The notes: generated by a model from the letters alone, not told the origin. 32,000 nucleotides of DNA from Candidatus Hadarchaeota archaeon (GCA_964514965.1 CAZETV010000001.1:903063-935062); one strand, 5' to 3'. Positions 17,294 through 26,008 are shown, numbered from the stretch's first letter. Numbers and translations are program-made.

Positions 17294-18073
17294 ATGGAAA
17301 AGAAGAGGTTGGTTTTAGCCATCTCAGGAAAGGGCGGGGTGGGCAAAACCACTTTGGCCGCTTTAATGCTGAAAATCTTAACCGAAAAAAAACAAAAAAG
17401 TATCTTGGTCATCGATGCGAATCCCGACTCAAATCTCTCCAATCTCTTAGGGATTTCTAATGGTAAAAAAACAGTTGGGAACGTAACGGATGAGCTGAAG
17501 AGGTCCCTCTGGAAAGGCGAAATCCCGCCAAATGTGATGAAGAAGGATATTCTCGAATACCACATTTTTGAAATTTTGGAGGAAACTCCGAATTTTGATC
17601 TATTAGTAATGGGGAGGAGTGAGGGTGAAGGATGCTATTGTTTGTTGAACAAGCTCATCGCAGATATCATCGACACGCTCTCTAAAAATTACGACTTGAC
17701 GATAATGGACGAGCATGCGGGGCTAGAGCACCTAAGTCGAAGAACTGATCGGGATGTTGATGTAATGATAATCGTCACAGATCCTAGCTCCATGGGATTT
17801 CAGACGGCGCGGAGGATAAAGGAGCTAGCTAAAGAGGTCCACATCGAGTTCAAAAAAATCTACCTCGTGGGGAACAAGTTCACGCCTGAGATGGAGCAGA
17901 TGCTAGAGGACGAAGCAAATAAAATAGGCGTCGAATATGCTGGTAATATCCCGCACGACGACGATGTTCTCAGATATAACCTCACCGGGCGACCGTTGGT
18001 TGAACTGCCGTCCATGAGCCCGGCCTTGGTGACGGCGAAAAACATCTTGATACGGATGGGGCTTTTGGGCTAA
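17294..18073 (+). CDS. cooC: CODH/ACS nickel-insertion accessory ATPase CooC
   Basis: Deviant Walker A GKGGVGKTT and the CxC nickel motif GEGCYCLLN. GGTG lies 7 nt upstream of the ATG. Confidence 0.9.
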   Translation: MEKKRLVLAISGKGGVGKTTLAALMLKILTEKKQKSILVIDANPDSNLSNLLGISNGKKTVGNVTDELKRSLWKGEIPPNVMKKDILEYHIFEILEETPNFDLLVMGRSEGEGCYCLLNKLIADIIDTLSKNYDLTIMDEHAGLEHLSRRTDRDVDVMIIVTDPSSMGFQTARRIKELAKEVHIEFKKIYLVGNKFTPEMEQMLEDEANKIGVEYAGNIPHDDDVLRYNLTGRPLVELPSMSPALVTAKNILIRMGLLG

Positions 18074-18128
18074 ACAAGAAGTCAAAAATTTGAACCAAAA
18101 TTAAAGGATTCGGTTCGCATGAAGGGAT

Positions 18129-18854
18129 TTATTTTCTGAATTTTTGTAGTTTTTTTAGCAGCTCCTTGTCACCTTCATAGTCTCCAGCGCAAGTCGCGAT
18201 TATGCCATCTACAAGACCATCCAATTTCGCTGCGTATTCTTCAACACGATCCATAGTCGTTGTGCTTGGCCACCCGATTATCTTTAAAATTTCCTTATTT
18301 TTGGGGGTTCCTACAAGGAAGTAAGAGTACAAGGGTTTGTTTAGACGTTTACACTCTTCAGCTATTCGCTCCAGTATGGGGAAGGACTTATCTTCAAGTC
18401 TCATGAAACATATGAAATCCCATGCACCCCCCACTCGGGCAATACTTTCTTCCGCGGATCGGCGTGCTGTAATCAAGCAGCCTAACTTTAGATCTTTTAT
18501 ATGCACCGTTGTGCGTAAGAAATTTCGGGCTTCCTCGGAGGATTTTAACATTTTTATGGGCTCTCCGTGCTTGGGGATGTCGCCCATAGAGAGCACGATT
18601 CCGTCAAGACCTATAGCATCTGCAGCTAGAGCCAGGCCCCCGGCTTCAACCGGGCCCTTATAGTGTAATATGAAGATGGGTATCACCATTTTGTCTGGGT
18701 ATTTAGTTTTGAGGATGCAGCCCACAACCGTCCCGCTGGGTGCCGGCATGCCTGCGGCGCTATCCGTGACGTTCCATCCATCAACCAAATCATGAGTTTC
18801 TTCGGCAAGTTTCAGAAAATCGCGCGTTGGGACAAACTCGTGTAATATCCTCAT
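18129..18854 (-). CDS. Short MetF-like (methylenetetrahydrofolate reductase fold) TIM-barrel protein
   Basis: By-eye alignment to E. coli MetF: LHEFVPTRD vs FEFFPPRT, WNVTDSAAG vs VSVTYGANSG, GIVLSMGDIP vs HIVALRGDLP. About 241 aa, shorter than canonical MetF. ATG 18854 is preferred over GTG 18857. Confidence 0.55.
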   Translation of the reverse strand: MRILHEFVPTRDFLKLAEETHDLVDGWNVTDSAAGMPAPSGTVVGCILKTKYPDKMVIPIFILHYKGPVEAGGLALAADAIGLDGIVLSMGDIPKHGEPIKMLKSSEEARNFLRTTVHIKDLKLGCLITARRSAEESIARVGGAWDFICFMRLEDKSFPILERIAEECKRLNKPLYSYFLVGTPKNKEILKIIGWPSTTTMDRVEEYAAKLDGLVDGIIATCAGDYEGDKELLKKLQKFRK

Positions 18855-18918
18855 CACAATCCCTAAGAAGGATATTGGTTGGGATTAAAAAATCTTTTGG
18901 GCGCAATCACAATCGTTC

Positions 18919-18926
18919 TTTATAAA
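18919..18926. promoter_or_regulatory. Palindromic TATA-box-like element TTTATAAA in the metF-like/fdhD divergent spacer
   Basis: Read directly. About 65 bp from the metF-like start and about 200 bp from the fdhD ATG. Confidence 0.3.
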
Positions 18927-19127
18927 CCTTGAGTGGTTCATGGCTTTGCTAATAAACTCCCCGATCACCCCGACTTTATTAGCAGAATCGACTTTATGAG
19001 CAAAGCCGTGGTTCATCCCTCCGAAATACGGGAAGGACCGCAAAGCCTACGATTCGGGAAAGCTGGGGGGGAAAGGCATAAGTCAACATACTTTACCACG
19101 CTCAAGTGAATAGGGTGGGCGTCTGCC

Positions 19128-19898
19128 ATGATGGCTAAAAGAAAAATCCTAAAAATCGACCTCAGAAAACGCAAAAAATCCGAAGAGGAGGATCTCCTAG
19201 CTGTTGACAAGCTTATTAACATCTTCGTTAACGGGGAGTATTTCGTCACCCTCATGGCAAGTCCAAGAAATATTCGGGAATTGGCGATCGGTCACTTGCT
19301 GGGGCAGGGCATCATTAGTACGCTGGAGGATATCGAGCATGTGAGCATAAGGGGAAAAAACGTCAACCTGAGGACAAAAGCTGAAATTCAACTTGGAGCC
19401 ACCAAATTCCCGAAGGTAATCCCGACCGCTTGTGGTGCATCGGAGGACATTATTGAACTTCTAGGTAAATCGGGTGTACTGAAACTCAAGGTGAAATTTA
19501 GTGCAGAAAATATTGGGGGTGCGTTTAAATCACTTTACTCTGCGTCTAAGATTTTTAAAAAAAGCGGGGGCACCCACGCAGCGGCTTTGTTCGCGTGGAA
19601 TGGAAAAATGAAATTTTGCATAGAGGATGTCGGGAGGCATAACGCGGTAGACAAGGTCATCGGGAGAGGGCTGATTGAGGGCGTGAATTTTACAAGGAGC
19701 TTTATGATCTCGACGGGTAGGTTATCGGCGGATATGGTGATCAAGTGTGCGAGAGCCGGGATACCGCTCGCTGCATCAAAAGCAGCCCCTCTTGAATCAG
19801 GCCTCCTAGCGGCTGAGATGAGCGGCTTGACGCTTGTCGGTTTCGTTAGGGGGAGCCGAATGAACGTGTACACGCGCCCTGAACGGGTGAAATTTTAG
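19128..19898 (+). CDS. fdhD: FdhD-family sulfurtransferase (maturation of formate dehydrogenase or formylmethanofuran dehydrogenase molybdo/tungstopterin)
   Basis: 256 aa with SGGTHAAALF and EDVGRHNAVDKVIG, typical of FdhD. Followed immediately by mobA. Confidence 0.85.
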   Translation: MMAKRKILKIDLRKRKKSEEEDLLAVDKLINIFVNGEYFVTLMASPRNIRELAIGHLLGQGIISTLEDIEHVSIRGKNVNLRTKAEIQLGATKFPKVIPTACGASEDIIELLGKSGVLKLKVKFSAENIGGAFKSLYSASKIFKKSGGTHAAALFAWNGKMKFCIEDVGRHNAVDKVIGRGLIEGVNFTRSFMISTGRLSADMVIKCARAGIPLAASKAAPLESGLLAAEMSGLTLVGFVRGSRMNVYTRPERVKF

Positions 19899-20519
19899 AT
19901 GGGAAAGCTCGGCATTTTGGTTTTAGCGGGCGGGGGCAGCAAGAGGTTTGGTAGAGAGAAGCCCTTTTTCGAGATAAACGGGAAACCCATGATTCAGCAC
20001 GTAGTAGGAAAGATCTCCAAACTATCCAAAGAATTAGTGATATCGTGTAGGTCTAGCCGAGAGAAACTGGCGAGAATGTTTCCTAGCGCAAAAGTCATTG
20101 TGGACAAGGATGAGAGGAAAGGAGCATTAACGGGCCTAGTGAGCGTGCTTCCTGAGATCAGATCTGAGTACACGGCTTTGGTAACGTGCGACTGCCCGAA
20201 AATCAGGCTGGAAGTCATTGAGTTGTTATTTGAGAAAGCGAAAAACCATAGCGGTGCAGTCGCCAGATGGCCGAATGGTTATGTGGAACCACTTCAAGCC
20301 GTTTACGAAACGGAAAAACTGCTAAAGGCCGTGAACGAGGTGTGGAAAAGGGGGGAAATGAGGTTAATGGAGGTCCTAAATATAGTCCCGGATATCGTTT
20401 ACGTATCGACGGAGGAACTAAGGGGGATTGATCCAAAATTGGAATCATTCCTGAATGTGAACTCACCTGAGGACATCGAGCTTCTGTCGGCGGGAAATCT
20501 AAATAGAGGATATAGGTAG
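19899..20519 (+). CDS. mobA: Molybdenum cofactor guanylyltransferase MobA
   Basis: N-terminal LVLAGGGSKRFG...K nucleotide-binding motif. 206 aa. The start abuts the fdhD stop. Confidence 0.8.
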   Translation: MGKLGILVLAGGGSKRFGREKPFFEINGKPMIQHVVGKISKLSKELVISCRSSREKLARMFPSAKVIVDKDERKGALTGLVSVLPEIRSEYTALVTCDCPKIRLEVIELLFEKAKNHSGAVARWPNGYVEPLQAVYETEKLLKAVNEVWKRGEMRLMEVLNIVPDIVYVSTEELRGIDPKLESFLNVNSPEDIELLSAGNLNRGYR

Positions 20520-20573
20520 GCGAGTTAACCCTGAAAACCTTCGACCATTCTATAAACAGCATTTACCAAAACC

Positions 20574-21788
20574 ATGTTAATGGTGGTAATTACGTCAAGG
20601 CCCACTTTGCCTATTAATTCAATCATGGTGGTCGGTGTCAACACCAGACCAATCGTCAAATCAGCGAAGGCCCTCGGCTTGAAAACTATTGCTGTAGATT
20701 GTTTTGGCGACATCGATTTGCGTGGATATGCAGATGATGTGTTTTCTGTCAGATCCGCCGAGTTGAAGGTTCAGCCTAAAAGCTCGAAAAGACCTAGTCT
20801 CTTTCATCTCTCGCTCCAAGCTCTTGAAACCCACAACGTCGATGCAATTATTTTAACATCGGGCATGGAGCACTACTCAGCGTTTATTGAGGATCTTGGA
20901 AAGAGGGCAAAAATAATTGGAAATGACACGACAAGCTTGGAGACGTGCAAAAATAAAGAGAAACTTTTTCGCATAGCGGATAAACTTGGCATCCCCTACC
21001 CGCTCACACGTAGGGTTAGAAAGCTAGATGAAGCGTTAGAGGCCGCACGGGATATCGGGTACCCCGTTGTTTTGAAGCCGGCTTTTGGAGGCGGCGGCAT
21101 CGGGATAAGGCTTGCTAGGTCACCGGATGAGTTGGTGCGATTCTTTGGAAGGGTGTTGTCAGCGGGTGATAAAAAGAATTTGTACGTGCAAAAGTACATT
21201 CAAGGCATCGATGCTAGCACATCTATCTTGTCGAACGGTGATGAGGCCAAGTGTCTAACAATTAACGAGCAAATCATAGGCGACAAACGGTTGGGCGTGC
21301 CCAGGCCATTTGGTTACTGTGGCAACGTGATACCTCTAAACAAAACCGAGTTTGAAAACCAAATCGCCGAGACATCGAAAGCGATTTGTGAGGAAATCGG
21401 ATTGGTGGGCTCGAATGGGGTCGATTTCGTCCTTTCTGACAAGCCATACCTGATGGAGATAAATCCCAGATTTCAGAATACGATTGATTGCGTCGAAGGA
21501 CTTCTCGGGATAAACCTTGTTTGGGAACATATCCAATCTTGTCTGGGTGAGCTAGGCAGATACAAGCAACCCAGCGGTTACTCCGCTAAGCTAATCCTGT
21601 ATGCTAAGAGAGATTCTAGAATTCCGGACCTCAGAGGAACACCAAGTATTGTTGATGTGCCCGCACCCAAAACAACGGTTAGAAAAGGAAAACCAATTTG
21701 CTGCGTCTTAAAGTTTGGTGGAGACAGACGCAGGCTAATCGTCGATGCGTATAGAGCGGCGGGTAAGCTCTACGAGAAAATATATTAA
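20574..21788 (+). CDS. ATP-grasp enzyme of unknown substrate ('carboligase related to biotin carboxylase' type, found with H4MPT/methanofuran gene sets)
   Basis: Pre-ATP-grasp N-terminus IMVVGVNTRPIVKSAKALGLKTIAVD. ATP-grasp core YPVVLKPAFGGGGIGI...YVQKYIQG...LMEINPRF. ATG 20625 is an alternative start. Confidence 0.65.
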   Translation: MLMVVITSRPTLPINSIMVVGVNTRPIVKSAKALGLKTIAVDCFGDIDLRGYADDVFSVRSAELKVQPKSSKRPSLFHLSLQALETHNVDAIILTSGMEHYSAFIEDLGKRAKIIGNDTTSLETCKNKEKLFRIADKLGIPYPLTRRVRKLDEALEAARDIGYPVVLKPAFGGGGIGIRLARSPDELVRFFGRVLSAGDKKNLYVQKYIQGIDASTSILSNGDEAKCLTINEQIIGDKRLGVPRPFGYCGNVIPLNKTEFENQIAETSKAICEEIGLVGSNGVDFVLSDKPYLMEINPRFQNTIDCVEGLLGINLVWEHIQSCLGELGRYKQPSGYSAKLILYAKRDSRIPDLRGTPSIVDVPAPKTTVRKGKPICCVLKFGGDRRRLIVDAYRAAGKLYEKIY

Positions 21789-22510
21789 CACAGCTTCAAC
21801 CGATTAATGTCTTCTCTTGTAATCACTCCTTTGTGAAGTGATGTTGCAACAAGGACGCCTGCTGCGCCATGGTCACGCAACAAGCGAATATCTTCGATGC
21901 TTATCACCCCGCCCCCCACAAGCACTGGCATATTTGTGCATTGCAAAGCTAAGTTCAACGATTCAAAATCCGGCCCCCCTTGGGTGCCTACCCTATCTAA
22001 GGACAGAAGAATTATCTCAGAAGCCCCCTCACCCTCAAATTTTCGAATGAGTTCTTCTAGTCGTAGCCGCATCAAGTCCGACCTAGCAACCACATGTCCA
22101 AATTTAACATCGATACTGGCCGCCACGGGCATTTTATGAGCGTTTATTAATTTGGGAATTTCCTCGAAGGATTCAAGCGTCTCCGTAGCGAGCACAATTT
22201 TTTCCACACCTTTTTCCACGTATTTATCAACTTCATCAGCTCGTCTGAAGCCCGCATCCACCATGATTTTCATCCCGGTTTCGGCCACGATTTGGCCTAT
22301 CACACGGTGATTGTGGCCGATTCGACGAATGGCATCCAGATCTGCGATGTAGAGTTCTTCTAGGCCGAGCTTTTGGAACGCCCTTGCCACTGATAGGGGA
22401 TCAGAATTCCCCACGAGGACACTTCGAACCGCTTTGTATCTCTCTCGTTCACCTGCAATCGCATGGACGACTTTGCTGTGCATGATGTCAATGACTGGAA
22501 TAACCCTCAT
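21785..22510 (-). CDS. HisA/HisF-family (beta/alpha)8 barrel protein of unknown function, of the type associated with H4MPT-linked C1 genes
   Basis: MRVIPVIDIM...VVHA...LYIADLDA...VLVGGGV gives a ProFAR-isomerase-like pattern. 4-nt start/stop overlap with mfnE. Confidence 0.7.
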   Translation of the reverse strand: MRVIPVIDIMHSKVVHAIAGERERYKAVRSVLVGNSDPLSVARAFQKLGLEELYIADLDAIRRIGHNHRVIGQIVAETGMKIMVDAGFRRADEVDKYVEKGVEKIVLATETLESFEEIPKLINAHKMPVAASIDVKFGHVVARSDLMRLRLEELIRKFEGEGASEIILLSLDRVGTQGGPDFESLNLALQCTNMPVLVGGGVISIEDIRLLRDHGAAGVLVATSLHKGVITREDINRLKLC

Positions 22511-23148
22511 AGCGAGACCTCCGGTAATATCGTTGTGCAGGTAGTTTCCTTTCCACTTAGTATTTTTTTGATTCGATCAGGATGCCTTCCGTTCACCACC
22601 CAGCAGGTTATACCCGTGTGCTCTAAAGTCTGCGACAGTTTTGGATCCACACAGGATTGGTCAATTTTCCTAAGCTTCTGGATGGAGATAGATTTCTGAA
22701 GTCGCCCCTGTTCGAGAATTCCGTCAATCATTTTAACCAAAAGGAGTTTTTTACAACCAATCTTTTCGGTGACCCATGCTGCAATTGAATCTGAGGTTAC
22801 CTTCCATGTGGGTTCAAGTTCCGGAGAGCAACCCAAAGTTCTATACGGAAGAAATATCGAACACCCCCGCGCTTCCCTTTTAGGGATATCCGTTAAGGTC
22901 GAGCCATCGATTAGATCGTGGAACATCAACCCATAGAGATTCATGCTAAGAATCGCCATTTGGTGGGCAACTTGATCGGAGAACTCGTGCTTCATCTGCA
23001 GCTTACGCACGAGATTCGCAAAATCACCACCGCCTGGGATAATGAGTAAGCCGTGGCGATTGGATATCTCCTTTAAAGTTCTGCATAAGTTCCTCAGGGC
23101 AGGGGGGTCAGCTTGTAAGCCTCCACCCACCTTAATCACGACATCCAT
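22507..23148 (-). CDS. mfnE: Amino-acid-kinase-fold kinase, probable [5-(aminomethyl)furan-3-yl]methyl phosphate kinase MfnE
   Basis: VIKVGGG...IIPGGGDFAN kinase-fold motifs. Lies inside the mfn operon between mfnF and the HisA-like gene. The family-to-function link is recalled from the M. jannaschii MJ0458 work. Confidence 0.6.
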   Translation of the reverse strand: MDVVIKVGGGLQADPPALRNLCRTLKEISNRHGLLIIPGGGDFANLVRKLQMKHEFSDQVAHQMAILSMNLYGLMFHDLIDGSTLTDIPKREARGCSIFLPYRTLGCSPELEPTWKVTSDSIAAWVTEKIGCKKLLLVKMIDGILEQGRLQKSISIQKLRKIDQSCVDPKLSQTLEHTGITCWVVNGRHPDRIKKILSGKETTCTTILPEVSL

Positions 23149-24163
23149 GCTTGAGCGCCTCCGCAGCCAGTAGACTGGCGCCGAATGCGGGCGCCATCAA
23201 CGCCGCCTCCTCACCATACAGAGTTGCGAAATCGATGACTTCATTGAATCCCAAGGCCCGAACAGCTTTTTCAGCGAGAATCCTCCTACCGAGGCCTGCC
23301 ACTACAATCTTCGAACTCTTTGGAAGCTTATGTAATCTAATGACTTTTTCAAGTACTTTGGCCACGAGGTCTATTTGTTTCTCATGGAAGGCTTTCGCAG
23401 CCATGATGATTTGCCTTTTCCCGATCTCATCCACATCACTGCAGAAAACCCTTGCGATACGTTGCATACAGCTCGCTCTATCCTTTTTCCTGCCGTCGGG
23501 AGTTTCGCACATATAATCCTCCTCTTCAATCATCCCAAGCACTCTATAGACATCGGCTGTGATGGCAAAGTTTTCGGCGGCAATCCTCGTTTTTTTGCCG
23601 CTGAGCGACACTTCTGAGCAAATAAATGGCAGCGGGGTGCGGAGAACCCCCATATAAAGAAGTTCGCCAGTCCTCAATCTCTGAAGGTCGGTCTGTCCCA
23701 GAGGGGAGGGCCTGACTTTCTTTAAGGGAATTATGTCTGTGGTAGTGCTTCCGACGTCCATGAAAATGCAATTAGGATATTTCCTTCCCACGATCGAGGT
23801 GCTGGCAATCCAATTGGCTGCTGCGAGCTTTCCCGGGAAAGCAAGCGATTGTTCGCGCGTAAACAAGGCACCATCTAACGACACAAACAAACAGACCTTT
23901 TTCCCAAATGCACCACATGTGACTTCAACTATCTCAGCTACTCCTTCATGTTTGGTCCGAAAGATATCGCAGAGTTCCCCAGTTAAGGTAACTCCAACGA
24001 CTTGTGGGCGGGTGAATTCGGCGAGATTTCTAAGGAATCGGTCGAGCGCTTCCTTGTTCTTCCATAGCGGAATGTACTTGAGCCAGCATCTTTGTACTTT
24101 CTCGTCCTCAAGCAGAACGGCTTTTGTGTTTGCCCCGCCTATGTCAAGACCAAGCGATCGCAT
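23132..24163 (-). CDS. mfnF: Hydantoinase/ASKHA-like 'H4MPT-linked C1 transfer pathway protein', probable methanofuran core synthase MfnF
   Basis: MRSLGLDIGGANTK... and FMDVGSTTTDI actin-fold motifs. Operon context. The ORF track starts at TTG 24178. I prefer ATG 24163, which has GGTG just upstream. Confidence 0.6.
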   Translation of the reverse strand: MRSLGLDIGGANTKAVLLEDEKVQRCWLKYIPLWKNKEALDRFLRNLAEFTRPQVVGVTLTGELCDIFRTKHEGVAEIVEVTCGAFGKKVCLFVSLDGALFTREQSLAFPGKLAAANWIASTSIVGRKYPNCIFMDVGSTTTDIIPLKKVRPSPLGQTDLQRLRTGELLYMGVLRTPLPFICSEVSLSGKKTRIAAENFAITADVYRVLGMIEEEDYMCETPDGRKKDRASCMQRIARVFCSDVDEIGKRQIIMAAKAFHEKQIDLVAKVLEKVIRLHKLPKSSKIVVAGLGRRILAEKAVRALGFNEVIDFATLYGEEAALMAPAFGASLLAAEALKHGCRD

Positions 24164-25292
24164 CCCCACCGACCCCAATCAAAGTAGCAACCTCGTTTAA
24201 CGTGCTTTCGAGCCTGTGTTCAGCGCTTCTGGCGGTGATTCCAGATTCCACGATGATTGAAAGCGGGCGCCCTTTCTGGATACTCCCATTGGACGGGATG
24301 GGTGGAGAGATAACTCCTGGGATTTCCCGGAGTTTGCCCAGCTTTTTGACATTCATTCTGATGTTCTTTCCAGCTTTGGGGATTTTCATCAAAGAATATC
24401 CCTCAAGCTTTGGGTTGGGCATGGTTGCTCCGTCGATGAGCACCCTCACCAAGATTTCTCCTAGATTTGCTTGGAGTACTCGAGCTAATGCGACGAAGGA
24501 TGTAGTTATCCGAGGGTTTAACTCTATGAAAAAAGGCGAAGTTCCGACAACTAGGTCGACCCCACAATAACCGCGCAAACCTAGACTTTCGGCAGCTTTG
24601 AGAGCGATCTCGGCGCATTTTTCTTTTAGCGGATGATCAAGCGGGACTGCTCCGCCAACATACATGAATCGGCCTTTTTGAATTGCTATCTCCTGTCGGT
24701 TTACAGATAGTACAGTTCCTCCCTCTTCCCCCATCATCAAACAACAACTTGCATGTTCACCCTCAAGGAATTCCTGAAAAATCACACCCGCGGCGCCACG
24801 TGATGACGTAGCAAATTTGATTCCTTCGCAGCCAATCCCATCCACAGGTTTGATAAGGACTCTTCCGGTGCCGCGCGGTTTTTTCCATGTCTTCGGCTGT
24901 GGAACAATCCCTTGGAGCATGCGATGCGTGAGCCATTTGTTTGCGCAAATCCGAATGATTTCTGCTTGGGACCCGAGCACCTTTATACTCCTTTTTCTTA
25001 GTTTCGTGCTTATCTCCTCAAGCTCGCGTCCTTTCTCAGGTGCTATAACCAATGCTGCATCGGGCCTGCATTTCAAAGCTGCATTTAATCCATTTCGATT
25101 TGGGAACACATCTGCATCTAACCAATCAGCTAGCCCCCTAAGCCTTTTGTCGAGAACCGTGATGATGTCGAAGCCGCTACCGCTGAACTCGCTCACCATG
25201 GTTCTCAACATGGCGAAGCCTTCGGAGAGAAGTTGAGCGTTAGTCTCTGGATGAAGGCCCCCAGCCACACTTTCAAGTATTAAGACGCGCAT
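24144..25292 (-). CDS. mfnD: ATP-grasp ligase, probable tyramine--L-glutamate ligase MfnD
   Basis: ATP-grasp core (VLIKPVDGIGCEGI...IFQEFLEG...FIELNPR) sitting between mfnB and mfnF. Confidence 0.65.
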   Translation of the reverse strand: MRVLILESVAGGLHPETNAQLLSEGFAMLRTMVSEFSGSGFDIITVLDKRLRGLADWLDADVFPNRNGLNAALKCRPDAALVIAPEKGRELEEISTKLRKRSIKVLGSQAEIIRICANKWLTHRMLQGIVPQPKTWKKPRGTGRVLIKPVDGIGCEGIKFATSSRGAAGVIFQEFLEGEHASCCLMMGEEGGTVLSVNRQEIAIQKGRFMYVGGAVPLDHPLKEKCAEIALKAAESLGLRGYCGVDLVVGTSPFFIELNPRITTSFVALARVLQANLGEILVRVLIDGATMPNPKLEGYSLMKIPKAGKNIRMNVKKLGKLREIPGVISPPIPSNGSIQKGRPLSIIVESGITARSAEHRLESTLNEVATLIGVGGDAIAWS

Positions 25293-25294
25293 AA

Positions 25295-26008
25295 CTAAGC
25301 CCTCAGAATTTTTTTCAGCCGCCGAACGAGTCTCTCGGATACTCTGCCATTTTTTCTGTCCCCACCCTCACAGACCACTCCCCTAACCCCGATTACGTCT
25401 GGATTCAGCGACTTCAGCGTCTGTACTTCTTTAAGCCCTAACGAACCGGCGAGAGAAGCCCATAGACCGTATGAATGTGAATTGTTAACGAAATTCTCCA
25501 AATCTTCTCTCCGAAGGAAATCTGTGAGGGGCCGGCCGTCCTTGATTGCCGTATCTATCATTGCAATGTCAGCTTCACATTCGCCCGCTATTTCAGGTAT
25601 GAGCAGGGGATTTATTGTTCCAGACCTCTCAAAGTCCCCATAAGTACATACAGCAACCTTTGCCGATCCATAAGTGCCTTTAACCGCCCTTACCACCTGC
25701 TTTACAAAGTATATGGCACTTTTCACATCTTTTGGACCTTTCAGTCCGACTTTTATTATATTAGCCCCCGCTTTAAGGGCACCAAACGCCGCTAGGGCAG
25801 CACTTCCCGGAAGGTCAGGGAAATCGCCAATGGCCGCGCTGAGAGGTATGTTCGCGGGTACGGATTGCCTCACGTTAGCTATGACCCATGGGAAGTTTGC
25901 ACCGAGCGATCCCTCTTCAGGGTTCTTAATGTCGAGAATATCGGCTCCCCCTCTGATAGCGGCCAATGCCTCCTCGATGTCTCTAGGGCTGACAAGAAGT
26001 AGGGTCAA
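25295..26008 (-). CDS. mfnB: (5-formylfuran-3-yl)methyl phosphate synthase MfnB
   Basis: LLLVSPRDIEEALAAIRGGADILDIKNPEEGSLGANFPWVI...AAIGDF...IKVGL...VRGVVCEGGDR closely follows the MfnB (MJ1099) family pattern as I recall it. I prefer TTG 26008, which has GGAGG 7 nt upstream and a TTGA overlap with the mfnA stop. The track start is ATG 26026. Confidence 0.88.
   Translation of the reverse strand: MTLLLVSPRDIEEALAAIRGGADILDIKNPEEGSLGANFPWVIANVRQSVPANIPLSAAIGDFPDLPGSAALAAFGALKAGANIIKVGLKGPKDVKSAIYFVKQVVRAVKGTYGSAKVAVCTYGDFERSGTINPLLIPEIAGECEADIAMIDTAIKDGRPLTDFLRREDLENFVNNSHSYGLWASLAGSLGLKEVQTLKSLNPDVIGVRGVVCEGGDRKNGRVSERLVRRLKKILRA

Noticed and set aside
19013-19255. 80-aa minus-strand ORF spanning the fdhD leader and start.
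   Set aside because: It overlaps the well-supported fdhD start, has no motifs and has no obvious RBS. It is treated as spurious.
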